Shown: one piece after another, positions 34,696 to 45,667 of the stretch
How the letters are laid out: each line of letters begins with the position of its first letter
Numbering within the stretch: position 1 is the first letter of the stretch
Source: an uncultured Candidatus Binatia bacterium
Lineage (GTDB): Bacteria > Desulfobacterota > Binatia > UBA9968 > JAJDTQ01
Assembly: GCA_965213675.1 (NCBI GenBank)
Contig: OZ243916.1
Location: 2,528,001 to 2,592,000, forward strand
Direction: 5' to 3'
DNA: 64,000 nt
Translations under genes and position numbers: made by a program
The notes under the pieces: generated by a model
What the model was told of the DNA's origin: nothing
Seen by the model: the letters and a program-made list of their open reading frames with translations, nothing else
Database searches by the model: none

Positions 34696-35264
34696 CGCCG
34701 TATCATGGTTGATCGCGGGGTTCCGAACTCTACTACGATGACATAAGCGGGGATTCCCAGATAATCTGACTGTTTCGTCTGATCCGTCTTCTGCGTAACA
34801 CGCGCATTGAGTCTGGTGGAGTCGCCCTTTCGGATACCGGACACCTCAAGCCGCGCATCTCCCAACGAAAGTGGATCGGGTGATCCGCGGTCCGAGCTTG
34901 ATTCTTTCTCGTATAGCCAATAATCGAACCCGGAACCACGACGCGACCCAAGCCATTTCATGGCTCGCTCACCGATAGTGTATTCCGTAAACCCGTCGAT
35001 CAACAATACGGCAACACCGCATGCTCCCGCCTCTGTCGCGTCCTCGGGATCCCAGGAACGTCGGGCTTGCTCGGGATTACGCAAGGGCTTCCAGTGTATA
35101 TTCGGATCAGCCCGAACATTACCTTCGACGACGAGTTTGACCCCGCTTGAGTGACGGCAATCCTCAAAACAAATTATGGCGGCTTGCGCCATAATTCGGC
35201 CCACATCCGCCTCAACACCCGGCATACGCCCAGCGCCCAACGCTTCCAAGTGAATTGCCACCAC
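34692..35264 (-). CDS. Hypothetical protein, putative PD-(D/E)xK-like nuclease fold
   Basis: ATEAGA...GSGFDYWL...ARLEVSGI...RVTQK..QT..SD...VVEFG. AGGGAG precedes the GTG at about 35264. The nuclease call is inference. Confidence 0.6.
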   Translation of the reverse strand: MVAIHLEALGAGRMPGVEADVGRIMAQAAIICFEDCRHSSGVKLVVEGNVRADPNIHWKPLRNPEQARRSWDPEDATEAGACGVAVLLIDGFTEYTIGERAMKWLGSRRGSGFDYWLYEKESSSDRGSPDPLSLGDARLEVSGIRKGDSTRLNARVTQKTDQTKQSDYLGIPAYVIVVEFGTPRSTMIRR

Positions 35265-35574
35265 ACGCTCCCTGTGGGGATACCGATACTCCGAAACTAG
35301 GCAGACGCTACCGTTTCTGCCAGTGAGCACTCGTGGCGCGGAGGGCCATGTCGATTCGCCGCTCAAGCGCACGTATGGCCGCACCGCGAGACCCGTTCGC
35401 CGGGCGCCATGACTCCAGCGCTGAACATGGCAAGAGTGTGCCCGCGCCCCCGGCTCGCTGTCAACAGACTTCCGTCTCAAGCCAACCCACTGCCGCCTGC
35501 ACCGACACCATCCGGTCAACGATTGGTCCTTCCAACAGACCGACCTCGCGCAGTCATGTGCCTCCGTACCATTG

Positions 35575-36081
35575 TCACGGCACGACCCTGATCTGTGCCG
35601 GGCTCTCCAGGATCATCTCCAGCCCGTACTTGGGGTCGTCCTTGATGCGGCCGGTCAACTCCACCTCCTTTCCCTGGAACTGGTTCGGGGGTGCGGCCGC
35701 GCGCTCGAAGGCGCCGGCGGCGGACGAGAAGATGACCGCGGTGAAGGCGGACCGGGAAGGTCCGAAGTCCAGGAACCAGGTGTTGCTCCTGGACGAGTGG
35801 CCCACGCGGTACACCCGGCCCCGGACCCGCGCCAAGGCCCCGGCCAACTCCTGGAGCCGCTCGACCTCCATCACGTCGACTTCCGGCAACTCTCCGTCGC
35901 CGGCTGGATTCGTTCCGGTGGAATCGCCGCGAGTGACCGCGCCGTCCTCCCGTTCCCGCGCGCACGGCGCCGGTCCCAGCCAGCGCGTGTACACCAGATG
36001 CGCGAGGAAACCGGACAGAAATGCGCCGAGCGCAAGCGCCGCCAACGGAACGGAGAACCGCTGCAAGAAAGCTGCCGACAT
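35575..36081 (-). CDS. Membrane-anchored OB-fold domain protein
   Basis: N-terminal TM segment; VRGRV...FLDFG...FTAVIF...GKEVELTGRI...LEMILESPAQI. Confidence 0.65.
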   Translation of the reverse strand: MSAAFLQRFSVPLAALALGAFLSGFLAHLVYTRWLGPAPCAREREDGAVTRGDSTGTNPAGDGELPEVDVMEVERLQELAGALARVRGRVYRVGHSSRSNTWFLDFGPSRSAFTAVIFSSAAGAFERAAAPPNQFQGKEVELTGRIKDDPKYGLEMILESPAQIRVVP

Positions 36082-36263
36082 CCCTTGAACCTCCCCAACG
36101 GCAAGTTTGTCTCTCCGTAGGAGGAATCGGCGGGGTCGGCCGCGCCTTAAGCCGTGCGGGAGAATTTCGGCTGCGAACGCTTGGGGGCTAGTGTGGTTGC
36201 GGTTCTCGTGGGACAGGTCCGTGGCCGCGACCCGATCAGGCATGCGGATCGCTGTCGGACGGC

Positions 36264-37385
36264 CTACGGCCGGCACATCTCCAGGATCAGCCTCTCCATC
36301 ACGGCCTGGGGTTGGTGGCCGGAGGACTTGAGGCGGGCATCGGTGTCCCGGAGCAGCCGGAGGAAGGTCTTGAGTTCGGGCAAGGTGAATTTCTCCGCGC
36401 GCTGCAACGTCAGGTAGTTGGCGTAGGGGCTCGCAGTTGGGAGGCCCTCGGTGTCGGGCGGAACCTGCTTCTGGAACTCCGCGTAGGACATGCGCCGGCG
36501 CCAGACGTCGTGAAGCTCCCGGTCGAGGAGTTGGCGCGCGCTCACCAGGCGGCGCACATGGCTCGCGATGGCCCCCAGCATCATCAGTGGATACTCACCG
36601 CCAGCCATGAGACGGCGCAGAAAAACCAAGGCCCGGAGGGTATCCCGTTGGCCCAGGGCGTCGGTGAGATCGAACACCCAGCTTTCCGACTGGTCTGTGA
36701 AGATATCCTCGACGTCGGCTGCGTTCACCGTTTCCGCGTCGCCCGCATGGAGGATCAGCTTCTCGAGCTCCTGGTGCACGGTCCAGAGTTCGTTGCCGCA
36801 CCGCGACAACACCATCTCGCGAGCCTTGGTCTCGATGCGCTTGCGCGCCCGCCGCAGGTGCTGTTCGAGAAACGCGGCCAGCGACTCCCGGCGGATGCGT
36901 CCGCTCCGGTCGCGTTCCACCGACAGGTCCACGACGCACCCCTGACGACTCAACTGCTTGTAGGCGCGCCCGCGCTTGTCCGCCCTGGGGGCCAGCAGCA
37001 GCAGGCGCGCGCCGCGCGGCAGCCCGCGTTCAAGGAGTTGCGCGATCCGGTCCGGCTCCTCGGCCTTGCCGGAAGCGGGCGCCGGCTCGTTCCCCGCGTC
37101 TCCCTTGCGCTCGGGAGGCGCGAACCAGGGAACGTACTCCGCCACCACCGTGCAGGCCGGGGCGAAGAGCGACGGTGTCATGAGGGCGGTCTCGATTTCG
37201 CCCCACGGGACGGCGCGCGCGTCGAACCGGGAGACGGCGAGGCTCGCGCCCGAGCCGGGGGCGAGATGTTCCAGGATCGCCCGGCTCGCCCCCCGGACAC
37301 GATACTCGTCTCCGTGAAGCAGCATGATCGCCGGCCCCTCGCCCTGGCCAAGGGCCTGCAGGAGCGCTTCGATGTCTTGCGCCAT
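36264..37385 (-). CDS. holA: DNA polymerase III subunit delta
   Basis: Motifs LLHGDEY, TPSLF, QELEKL, VFDLTDA and D.RLKSSG...MERLI. Confidence 0.85.
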   Translation of the reverse strand: MAQDIEALLQALGQGEGPAIMLLHGDEYRVRGASRAILEHLAPGSGASLAVSRFDARAVPWGEIETALMTPSLFAPACTVVAEYVPWFAPPERKGDAGNEPAPASGKAEEPDRIAQLLERGLPRGARLLLLAPRADKRGRAYKQLSRQGCVVDLSVERDRSGRIRRESLAAFLEQHLRRARKRIETKAREMVLSRCGNELWTVHQELEKLILHAGDAETVNAADVEDIFTDQSESWVFDLTDALGQRDTLRALVFLRRLMAGGEYPLMMLGAIASHVRRLVSARQLLDRELHDVWRRRMSYAEFQKQVPPDTEGLPTASPYANYLTLQRAEKFTLPELKTFLRLLRDTDARLKSSGHQPQAVMERLILEMCRP

Positions 37386-37423
37386 GGATCACCGCGCCCG
37401 GGGCGGCGCCAGTGGGCCGCATT

Positions 37424-37651
37424 CTATCGTTTCGAAACCCACATCTGGTTCTTCTCGCTCCAGGCGTAATCCGATTTCCAGACTTTGAGACCGACCGTGA
37501 AATCGCCGCCAGAGCGGGAAAGGAAGACCTTCTGGGTCGAATGGGGGATGTCCACCCGCGCCACGGTCATCACCTGTCTGCGCAAGTTCCCTCGGATCAG
37601 AACGCGGTCTCCCACCTCCATCGTGATGCGTTGTCCCTTGGTGCGTTTCAC
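37424..37651 (-). CDS. Small hypothetical protein (KOW/SH3-like beta protein)
   Basis: MEVGDRVLIRG KOW-like start; fills the gap directly upstream of holA. Confidence 0.5.
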   Translation of the reverse strand: MKRTKGQRITMEVGDRVLIRGNLRRQVMTVARVDIPHSTQKVFLSRSGGDFTVGLKVWKSDYAWSEKNQMWVSKR

Positions 37652-37899
37652 GTCTTGACAGTATCACCGCCTGGACGGCCGCGCAATTTCGGGAGCCGTA
37701 CGAACCGCCGCCTCCCACGTCGCGGCCACAGCTTGACAAAGGGCGCGATGCTTCTCTATGAGAGACGAGGCCGGGATTACGGAACCGAGACGCTTGTTCG
37801 AACTGCCAGCCCGCCTCGCCGTTTCCTGCTTTACGACACAGAGAACGAGAAAGCCGTGCAGACCCGGCCCCGGGGGCGGGAGTTGCGCAGGAGGTCGCC

Positions 37900-38847
37900 A
37901 TGCGTTTCGTGACTTACAACTTTCAGAGCAAGCCCCATTTGGGCGTGATGACCGGCGCCGATCAGATCATCGATCTCCAGGAGGTTGCCAAGCGCTACCT
38001 GCCCGGCGACACCGCCGCCTATCTGGGCAGCATGCAGTCGTTCATCGAGGCCGGCGCCAAGGCCGTCAACACCGCCAGGAAGGCCGCCCGGTACGTCGGC
38101 GAACTCGATGCCAAGGGCGCCCGTAGGCTCGCCCAGACCAACATCCTGGTGAAGCGTAACCGCGTAAGGCTGCTGTCGCCGATCCCCGCCCCGCGAAAGA
38201 ACGTCATCTGTCTGGGAGTGAACTATCAAGAGCACATCGACGAGGGTGCGCGCGCGCGCGGCATCCAGTTCAACACGCCCGAGGCGCCGGTATTCTTCAC
38301 CAAGCCGGCCACCTCGGTGATCGGCGACCAGGGCAAGGTCCTCGCGCACGCCGTCACCAGCAAAATCGACTGGGAAGTGGAGTTGGCCGTGGTCATCGGC
38401 CGCAAGGGCCGGAATATTCCCGCCGCCAAGGCCAACGATTACATCTTCGGCTACACGGTGTGCCTGGACATGACCGCCCGCGACCTGCAGCGCCGTCACC
38501 TCCAGTGGTGGAAGGGCAAGTCCCTGGACACCTTCTGCCCGCTGGGACCGAGCATCGTGCACAAGAGCGCCATGCCCGACCCCAGGAACATCCGGCTCCA
38601 GTGCCGCGTGAACGGCGAGACCATGCAGGACGGCAACACGCGGGACATGATCTTCGACATCCCCACGACCATCGAGAGCCTGTCCGCCGGCCTCACCCTG
38701 GAACCCGGCGACATCATCAGCACGGGAACGCCGTCAGGCGTGGGCTTTGCCCGCACTCCGCCCATTTTCCTCAACGTGGGCGACAAGGTGGAAGGCGAAG
38801 TCGAGGGCATCGGCGTGCTGGAGGTCAAGATCGCGGCGGCGCGCTAG
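37900..38847 (+). CDS. Fumarylacetoacetate hydrolase family protein
   Basis: Motifs ICLGVNYQEH, FFTKP, DWEVELAVVIG, GKSLDTFCPLGP and GDIISTGTPSGVG. AGGAGG RBS. Confidence 0.93.
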   Translation: MRFVTYNFQSKPHLGVMTGADQIIDLQEVAKRYLPGDTAAYLGSMQSFIEAGAKAVNTARKAARYVGELDAKGARRLAQTNILVKRNRVRLLSPIPAPRKNVICLGVNYQEHIDEGARARGIQFNTPEAPVFFTKPATSVIGDQGKVLAHAVTSKIDWEVELAVVIGRKGRNIPAAKANDYIFGYTVCLDMTARDLQRRHLQWWKGKSLDTFCPLGPSIVHKSAMPDPRNIRLQCRVNGETMQDGNTRDMIFDIPTTIESLSAGLTLEPGDIISTGTPSGVGFARTPPIFLNVGDKVEGEVEGIGVLEVKIAAAR

Positions 38848-38999
38848 GATTGTGGTGTCTGCGCCGCAGGGCGGCATCCTGTTCGGCGGTAATGGATCAT
38901 CGTTTCTTCGAAGCCGCGCCGTCATGTGCCAGCCACTGGCGTCTCGTCCGGAAGATGCAATAATGTAACCAGTGCTGCGTGTGTTCGCGGGGATTACCG

Positions 39000-39200
39000 G
39001 TGGTCATCCGAATCAACGGCAAGGACAACGAAGTCGCGGTGGACATCAGTGTCGCCCAACTCCTGGAGCACCTGGAGATTCGGCCCGGACGCGTGGTGGT
39101 GGAACTCAACGCCGAGGTCGTTGCACGGGACGCGCACGGCGACACGCGATTGAAGGACGGCGACGAGGTGGAGATCGTGCACTTCGTGGGAGGCGGATAA
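39000..39200 (+). CDS. thiS: Sulfur carrier protein ThiS
   Basis: IRINGK...VVELN...[10 protein letters not shown]-terminus; directly upstream of thiG. Confidence 0.93.
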   Translation: MVIRINGKDNEVAVDISVAQLLEHLEIRPGRVVVELNAEVVARDAHGDTRLKDGDEVEIVHFVGGG

Positions 39201-39204
39201 AGTC

Positions 39205-40014
39205 ATGACCGAATCCACGGCCCAAGCCTCGGAAGCGGACGCGCCCGATTGCCTGCGCCTGGCCGGCAAGGAGTTCCGCTCACGGCTGATCGTCGGCACC
39301 GGCAAGTACAAGGACTTCGAGGAGACCCGCAAGGCCATCGAGACCTCCGGCGCGGAGATCGTCACCGTGGCGGTGCGGCGCGTCAACGTCACCGACCCAA
39401 ACCAGGAAAACCTGCTCGACTACCTCGACCCCCGGAAGTTCACCATCCTGCCCAACACCGCGGGCTGCTACACGCCGGAAGAAGCCGTGCGCACCTGCCG
39501 CCTGGCGCGTGAGGCAGGGGTCGGCGACATGGTCAAGCTAGAGGTCATCGGCGACGACAAGACCCTGTTCCCGGACACGCCCGGCACGCTGGAGGCCGCG
39601 CGCCTGCTGGTGGCGGACGGCTTCACCGTGCTGCCGTACATCAGCGACGACGTGGTCACCGCGAAGAAGCTCGAGGACATGGGCTGCGCCGCGGTCATGC
39701 CCCTGGCGGCGCCCATCGGCTCGGGCCTGGGCATCCGCAACCCCTACAACATCCGTATCATCCAGGAACACGTGTCCATCCCCGTGATCGTCGACGCGGG
39801 CGTGGGCACCGCGTCCGACGCCGCCATCGTCATGGAACTGGGGTGCGACGGCGTGCTCATGAACACCGCCATCGCCGGCGCCAGGGACCCCGTGCTCATG
39901 GCCGACGCCATGAAGCAGGCCGTGGCAGCCGGACGCAAGGCCTTCCTGGCCGGACGCATACCCAAGAAGCTCTACGCCACCGCCTCCAGCCCCATCGAGG
40001 GAATGCTCACCTGA
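39205..40014 (+). CDS. thiG: Thiazole synthase
   Basis: Motifs [37 protein letters not shown] and [11 protein letters not shown]. Confidence 0.97.
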   Translation: MTESTAQASEADAPDCLRLAGKEFRSRLIVGTGKYKDFEETRKAIETSGAEIVTVAVRRVNVTDPNQENLLDYLDPRKFTILPNTAGCYTPEEAVRTCRLAREAGVGDMVKLEVIGDDKTLFPDTPGTLEAARLLVADGFTVLPYISDDVVTAKKLEDMGCAAVMPLAAPIGSGLGIRNPYNIRIIQEHVSIPVIVDAGVGTASDAAIVMELGCDGVLMNTAIAGARDPVLMADAMKQAVAAGRKAFLAGRIPKKLYATASSPIEGMLT

Positions 40015-40123
40015 GCGCGGCCGCCAGCGGTCGTCGGTCCCGACACTTGAGACGCCGCAAGCTCCTCGACACTGGCCGGGCAGGCCCGCGCCAACCACCG
40101 CTTGCCCGCCGAAGAGCAGAACG

Positions 40124-40750
40124 TTGCGCACCATCGACTTCGACCTGTACCTCGTCACCCACCGCAACACCACGGCGGGCCGGGATCTGTTGTGGGTGCT
40201 GGAAGAAGCCCTGGAGGGCGGGGTCCGCGCCATCCAACTGCGCGAGAAGGACCTGGAGGCGCGCGCGCTCCTGGAGCTGGCGCGGAGAGTGAACGCACTG
40301 TGCCACCGCTACGGCGCGGAGCTGTTCGTAAACGACCGCGTCGACGTGGCGCTGGCCGCGGACGCCGCCGGCGTGCACCTTGCGGCAAACTCCCTGCCCG
40401 TGGAAATCGCACGGGAACTGCTCGGCCCCGACCGGAAGATCGGCGTCTCCACCCATTCGGCGGCGGAAGCGCGAGCCGCCGCCCAAGCCGGCGCCGACCT
40501 CATCGTCTTCGGCCCCGTCTACCCGACCCCCTCCAAACTTGCCTTCGGCGCTCCGCAAGGCCCCGCCGCCCTCAAAGCCGTCACCGACGCCGCGCCCATC
40601 CCCGTCTTTGCCATCGGCGGCGTCAAGCAGCGCCACATCCCCCAGATCAAGGCCCACGGCGCCGCGCGCATCGCCCTCATCTCCGCCATCTCCGAAGCCC
40701 CCGACCCCCGGACCGCGGCACGAGACATGCTCGCCGCGTTGCGGGCGTGA
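40124..40750 (+). CDS. thiE: Thiamine-phosphate synthase
   Basis: Motifs LYLVT, QLREKD, VNDRVDVA, GVSTH, GPVYPTPSK and AIGG. Confidence 0.9.
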   Translation: MRTIDFDLYLVTHRNTTAGRDLLWVLEEALEGGVRAIQLREKDLEARALLELARRVNALCHRYGAELFVNDRVDVALAADAAGVHLAANSLPVEIARELLGPDRKIGVSTHSAAEARAAAQAGADLIVFGPVYPTPSKLAFGAPQGPAALKAVTDAAPIPVFAIGGVKQRHIPQIKAHGAARIALISAISEAPDPRTAARDMLAALRA

Positions 40751-40870
40751 GCACGGGTCACCCCTTCCCCTGGTTTCCCGACCCCGGTCAGGATCCAGGA
40801 GCTGCGGCGCAGGCTCCTGGTGTCGAGTCCCAGGTTTGGTATATGGTTACAGCCCACGAGGAGGTACGCC

Positions 40871-41578
40871 ATGCGAGATTGGGAAGAGATCATCCCTGAG
40901 TACGACCGCCAAGTCTACGAGAAGGCCGGCTACACCGGAAAGCAACCCTTCGGACGGAAGCCCGCGCTACTCATCATCGACGTCATCACGGCCTTCACCG
41001 GCACCAGACCGATGGAGACCCTGGAGGCCATCGACGAGTTCCGGTCGAGTTGCGGCAAGGCCGCGTGGCAAGCGCTGCCGCACATTCGCAAGCTCTTGGC
41101 AGCGTGCCGCAGGGCCAAGGTGCCGGTGATCTATTCCACCAGCGATCCTGAATTCAAGGCCGTGTTCGGCAACGCCACCAAGCGCGCCAAGGAGCCCACG
41201 ACATCGAGCGACAAGGCGGTGGAGTTCCCGCAGATGATCCGGCCGCGCAAGGATGAATACGTGGTGCACAAGGCCCGCGCCAGCGCGTTCTTCGGCACCC
41301 ACCTGATCACCTATCTGACGCGCAAGAGCATCGACTCGCTCATCGTCACCGGCGCGTCCACCTCCGGCTGCGTCCGTTCCACGGTCATCGACGGCTACTC
41401 CAACGGCTATTCCGTGTTCGTAGTGGAGGAAGGCACTTTCGACCGCTCGCCCTTTTCGCACCTCGTGAACCTCTACGAGATGAACAGCAAGTACGCCACC
41501 GTGGTGACCCGGGCCGAGGCCCTGGCGTACGTCGAGTCGCTGCGCGCCGCGCCGGAACGCCGGGCGGTGGAGAGGTAG
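40871..41578 (+). CDS. Isochorismatase-family cysteine hydrolase (amidohydrolase)
   Basis: D-K-C triad motifs PALLIID, HKARASAFFGT and GASTSGCVR. GAGGAGG RBS. Confidence 0.88.
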   Translation: MRDWEEIIPEYDRQVYEKAGYTGKQPFGRKPALLIIDVITAFTGTRPMETLEAIDEFRSSCGKAAWQALPHIRKLLAACRRAKVPVIYSTSDPEFKAVFGNATKRAKEPTTSSDKAVEFPQMIRPRKDEYVVHKARASAFFGTHLITYLTRKSIDSLIVTGASTSGCVRSTVIDGYSNGYSVFVVEEGTFDRSPFSHLVNLYEMNSKYATVVTRAEALAYVESLRAAPERRAVER

Positions 41579-41785
41579 CGAGCGGCTCAGGAATCGGCTC
41601 CGTACGAATGGGCCGCCAGCCCGTCGGGTGCGGAGGTTCTGGCAGGACCCGAACGCGCGCCGAACAGACACCGCGGCGCCTGTCGGCCCTGGTCCAGGAC
41701 AGGGGCGCCCGGCCGGTCATCCCTGCGGGAGATCGTCTGGTCAGGGCTTTACGGCGCAGGCTCCCAGTCACAGCAGGAGAACTGA

Positions 41786-42583
41786 ATGAGAGACCTCGGA
41801 CTCAAGGACAAGGTGGTGCTCATCACCGGCGGCGCCGGCGTGCTCGGCACGGCGTTCGCCCAGGGCTTCGCCGACCACGGCGCCAGACTCGCCATCAACG
41901 ACCTCCGGGAGGAGAAGGCCCTGGAATGCATCGGCAAGCTTGCCGGTGACGCGGAAGCGATCCCTGCCCCCGCCGACGTCTCGGACGACGCCGACGTGGC
42001 GCGCATGGCGGCAGCCGTGGCGGAGCGCTTCGGTGCCATCGACGTGCTCGTCAACGCCGCCGCCGTGCAGGTCTACCCGCCCAAGACCATCAGCGAGATG
42101 GAACCCGGCGAGTGGGACTTCGTCCTCAACATCTGCCTCAAGGCCGCCTACCTCACCACCCGCCACGTGGCGCCGGTGATGAAGCGCCAGGGCGGCGGCA
42201 AGATCGTCAACATCGCCTCCATCGCCGGACACCGCGGCACCGCCGGCGGCTCCGCCTACAGCGCCGCCAAGGGCGGCGTCGTCATGCTCACCCGGCAGAT
42301 GGCCGTGGAACTCGGGCGCGACAACATCAACGTCAACTCCGTCAGCCCAGGTTTCACCCCCAACCGCCTCACCACGATCTACGAGTACGAAGCCATCGCC
42401 AAGGGCGCCAGCGAGGGCCCCGAGCCCGCCCACGCCGCCGGCGAGTTCACCCCGCCCGCCCTGGGCCGCAAGGGCGAAATCGAAGACTTCGTCGGCCCCG
42501 TGCTCTTCCTCGCCTCCCAATGGGCCGACTACATCACCGGAGCCGACCTGCCGGTGGAGGGAGGGCGCATGGCGGCGCGGTGA
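41786..42583 (+). CDS. Short-chain dehydrogenase/reductase
   Basis: Motifs TGGAGVLG, VNAAA, NIASIAG, YSAAKGG and NSVSPG. Confidence 0.92.
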   Translation: MRDLGLKDKVVLITGGAGVLGTAFAQGFADHGARLAINDLREEKALECIGKLAGDAEAIPAPADVSDDADVARMAAAVAERFGAIDVLVNAAAVQVYPPKTISEMEPGEWDFVLNICLKAAYLTTRHVAPVMKRQGGGKIVNIASIAGHRGTAGGSAYSAAKGGVVMLTRQMAVELGRDNINVNSVSPGFTPNRLTTIYEYEAIAKGASEGPEPAHAAGEFTPPALGRKGEIEDFVGPVLFLASQWADYITGADLPVEGGRMAAR

Positions 42584-42787
42584 GGCTTCGTCGCCTGGCA
42601 GTGGCTCGGTTGGCAATGCCGGGCTCCAGGAGCCATCCCTCGGATGGTTCAACGGACATGGGTCCCTTTCCGTTGGCCTTCGACCCATCCAACGCGGGCT
42701 GGGTGTGGGTAACAGGCTTGCCCGCACATGCAGCCGGCTGCTAGACTGGTACCCTGCCTTGGTTCCCGGCCGCCCACCCAACCAATC

Positions 42788-42863
<76 letters not shown>

Positions 42864-43098
42864 GTTGTGGGTGAGGCGAACGACCTCAACCGACCGATCA
42901 CCAAACTTGACGCGACGCGGTGACCGGACGCACCACCCCAACTGAAACACCTTCCGGAACATCCGCGGATCTGTCGGCGTCGGAAATGACCAAGACCGTG
43001 CAGGCCTAGGCTGCGTGAGTCCCTTGGTCGACCGATGACCGCCTCGGCGGCGCTCCAACCATTCCAGTGGTTAAGCGGTTCCTGGCGGACGCGCCGCG

Positions 43099-44160
43099 TC
43101 AGGAGGACGCGGCGGCGCAGGGGAAAGCGATGACGTCCACGGGGCGCACCGTCACGCGCACTCGGGTGCGGGCGGACAGAACGTGCGTGGAGGGCTGGCT
43201 GCTGCGAACGTGCGCACCCGACGGAAGGGTCACCTGATACAGGTTCTCGGCGCCGCGGAAACGCCGGCGCGCCACCACCCCGTTACCGTCCTCCGCGGGT
43301 TCCAACTGCACCTCGTCCGGCCGTACCAGAACGTCGACTCGCGTATCAGCGGGCAGTCCGGGATCGTTGGGAAACGTCCCCACCTCGGTCTTGATGCCGT
43401 CGCCCACCACCCCGGGAATGAAGTCCGACCGGCCCACGAACTCGGCGACAAAACGCGTCCGCGGCTGGCGGTAGAGCACCTCGGGCTCGGAGATCTGTTC
43501 CAGCACACCCCGGTTGAGGATGCCGATGCGGTCCGCCAGCGTAAACGCCTCTTCCTGGTCATGGGTCACGATAATGGCGCTGGTTTCCGACTCGTGCAGG
43601 ATCCGCAGCAACTCCTCGCGCATCTCCGCCCTCATGTCAGCGTCGAGGTTGCTGAAGGGTTCGTCCAGCAACAACACCAGGGGATTGGGCGCCAGCGCCC
43701 GCGCCAACGCCACGCGCTGCTGCTGGCCACCGGAGATCTCGTGGGGATAGCGGGTGGCCAACTCGTCCATGTCCACCGCGGCCAGCACCTGGCGCGCCGT
43801 GGCCTCGCGCTCGTGGCGCGCCGGCCCCCGCAGCCCGAACATGACGTTCTCCAGCAGGGTCAGATGCGGGAACAGGGCATAGTCCTGGAAGACCATGCCG
43901 ATGCGCCGTTTCTCGGGCTCGATCCACATGCCGTCGCCGGAGAGCGGCGCTCCGTTGAGCAGAATCCTGCCGCTGTCAGGCCGATCAAAACCCGCAATCA
44001 TGCGCAGGGTCGTGGTCTTGCCCGAGCCGCTGGGACCGAGCAGCGCCAGGATCTCCCGTTCCCCCAGTGTGAGGCTCACATGGGACACCGCGACCGGGGC
44101 GATGCGCGCATGGGTCTTGGAGACATCCTCGAGAGTGATCAGGGACACCGGCGTCCTCAC
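43099..44160 (-). CDS. Fe3+/polyamine-type ABC transporter ATP-binding protein (FbpC/PotA-like, TOBE domain)
   Basis: Motifs [34 protein letters not shown] and [12 protein letters not shown] overlap with trmFO. Confidence 0.88.
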   Translation of the reverse strand: MRTPVSLITLEDVSKTHARIAPVAVSHVSLTLGEREILALLGPSGSGKTTTLRMIAGFDRPDSGRILLNGAPLSGDGMWIEPEKRRIGMVFQDYALFPHLTLLENVMFGLRGPARHEREATARQVLAAVDMDELATRYPHEISGGQQQRVALARALAPNPLVLLLDEPFSNLDADMRAEMREELLRILHESETSAIIVTHDQEEAFTLADRIGILNRGVLEQISEPEVLYRQPRTRFVAEFVGRSDFIPGVVGDGIKTEVGTFPNDPGLPADTRVDVLVRPDEVQLEPAEDGNGVVARRRFRGAENLYQVTLPSGAHVRSSQPSTHVLSARTRVRVTVRPVDVIAFPCAAASS

Positions 44161-45506
44161 GCTTCACGCACACCGGCCGGCGAAGCGCCCTCGCCGCACT
44201 CCAGCCACCAGCGGTCCAGGTCCCGTAGCGCCCGTTCCGCCATGAACTCCTTCTTGCGCCGGCCCTTCGTCTTGAAGGGCAGCGACGGGAAGAGCCCGAA
44301 GTTGACGTTCATGGGCTGAAAGTCCCGGCGCCCGGCATCGGACACGTAGCCGAGCAGGGCGCCCAGCGCCGTGGTGGCGGGCGGCGTCACCGGCCTGGCC
44401 CCGGCCATCAGCCGGGCGGCGTTGACGCCGGCGAGGAGGCCGGACGCGGCCGATTCGATGTAGCCCTCGACGCCGGTGATCTGGCCGGCGAAGAAAAGCC
44501 GCGAGCCGCCGCGCCACTGCAGCGTCGGCCACAGGTGCCGCGGCGCATTGATGTAGGTGTTGCGGTGCAGGCTGCCGTAGCGCACGAACACCGCCTTGGC
44601 CAGTCCCGGGATGAGCGAGAACACGCGCTTCTGCTCGGGATGGGTCATCTTGGTCTGAAACCCCACGAGGTTGTACAGGGTCCCCTCGCGGTTCTCCTGG
44701 CGCAACTGCACCACCGCGTAGGGCCTCTCTCCCGAAGCCGGATCCATGAGCCCGGTGGGGCGCATGGGTCCGAAGGCCAGGGTCTCGCGCCCGCGCCGGG
44801 CCATCTCCTCCACGGGGAGACAGCCCTCGAAAAAGCGCTCGAAGCTGCGCGCCGGCACCTTCTCCGCCGCCACCACCGAGTCCACCAGCCGGTAGTATTC
44901 CGCCTGGGTCAACGGCAGGTTCAGATAATCGCCAGGGTTCTCGTCGTAGCGGGACGCGCGAAACGCCACCGACGCATCCACGGACTCGGCGGTGACCACC
45001 GGCGAGATGGCATCGTAGTAGTAGAGATGCTCGGCCCCCAGCAGCTCCCGCAGGCGCTCCGAAAAAGGCGCCGAGGTCAGCGGCCCGGTGGCGACGATGG
45101 TCGGGCCCGGCGGAATGGAATCGATCTCCCGGCGCATCAGGCGCAGGCCCGGCAACGACGACACGCGTTCGGAAACGGCCTCGGCGAAGCGCACCCGGTC
45201 CACCGCCAGGGCGGAGCCCGCGGGCACCTGGTGCGCCTCACCGAGTTCGATCATCAACGAGCCCATGCGGCGCATCTCTTCCTTCAGCAACCCGGCGCCG
45301 GTGGTCAATGACAGGGAACGGAACGAATTGCTGCACACCAGCTCGGCCAGATGACCGGTGGTGTGCGCCTCCGTCCGGCGCGCCGGCCTCATCTCGTACA
45401 GGTCCACCGGCACGCCCCGCCGGGCGAGCTGCCACGCGGCCTCGCACCCCGCGAGCCCGCCGCCCACGACGTTGACGCGCCCGGTATTGTCACTCTGCGT
45501 GTTCAT
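44157..45506 (-). CDS. trmFO: Folate/FAD-dependent tRNA (uracil-5)-methyltransferase
   Basis: Motifs [41 protein letters not shown] and [10 protein letters not shown]. Confidence 0.95.
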   Translation of the reverse strand: MNTQSDNTGRVNVVGGGLAGCEAAWQLARRGVPVDLYEMRPARRTEAHTTGHLAELVCSNSFRSLSLTTGAGLLKEEMRRMGSLMIELGEAHQVPAGSALAVDRVRFAEAVSERVSSLPGLRLMRREIDSIPPGPTIVATGPLTSAPFSERLRELLGAEHLYYYDAISPVVTAESVDASVAFRASRYDENPGDYLNLPLTQAEYYRLVDSVVAAEKVPARSFERFFEGCLPVEEMARRGRETLAFGPMRPTGLMDPASGERPYAVVQLRQENREGTLYNLVGFQTKMTHPEQKRVFSLIPGLAKAVFVRYGSLHRNTYINAPRHLWPTLQWRGGSRLFFAGQITGVEGYIESAASGLLAGVNAARLMAGARPVTPPATTALGALLGYVSDAGRRDFQPMNVNFGLFPSLPFKTKGRRKKEFMAERALRDLDRWWLECGEGASPAGVREA

Positions 45507-45566
45507 GGGTTCAGACGCGAAGGGGCGGCAGACTGGATCTCTGCCGCCCCCACCGCAAACATCTCC

Positions 45567-45607
45567 CTAGTGTGGTGTCTGGTTAATTCGCGTCATAATC
45601 TGCGGGT
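45567..45607. repeat. 22-bp element end CTAGTGTGGTGTCTGGTTAATT (copy 2) with extension CGCGTCATAATCTGCGG
   Basis: Identical to 20014-20035 over 22 bp. Confidence 0.8.
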
Positions 45608-45667
45608 CTTGATCCATCCATACCACAAGGGCATGTCCAACGTAAGGCGTTCCTGGAATCCCGAACG

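Noticed and set aside
38848-38999. TPP riboswitch upstream of thiS
   Set aside because: The conserved aptamer motifs were not found by eye.
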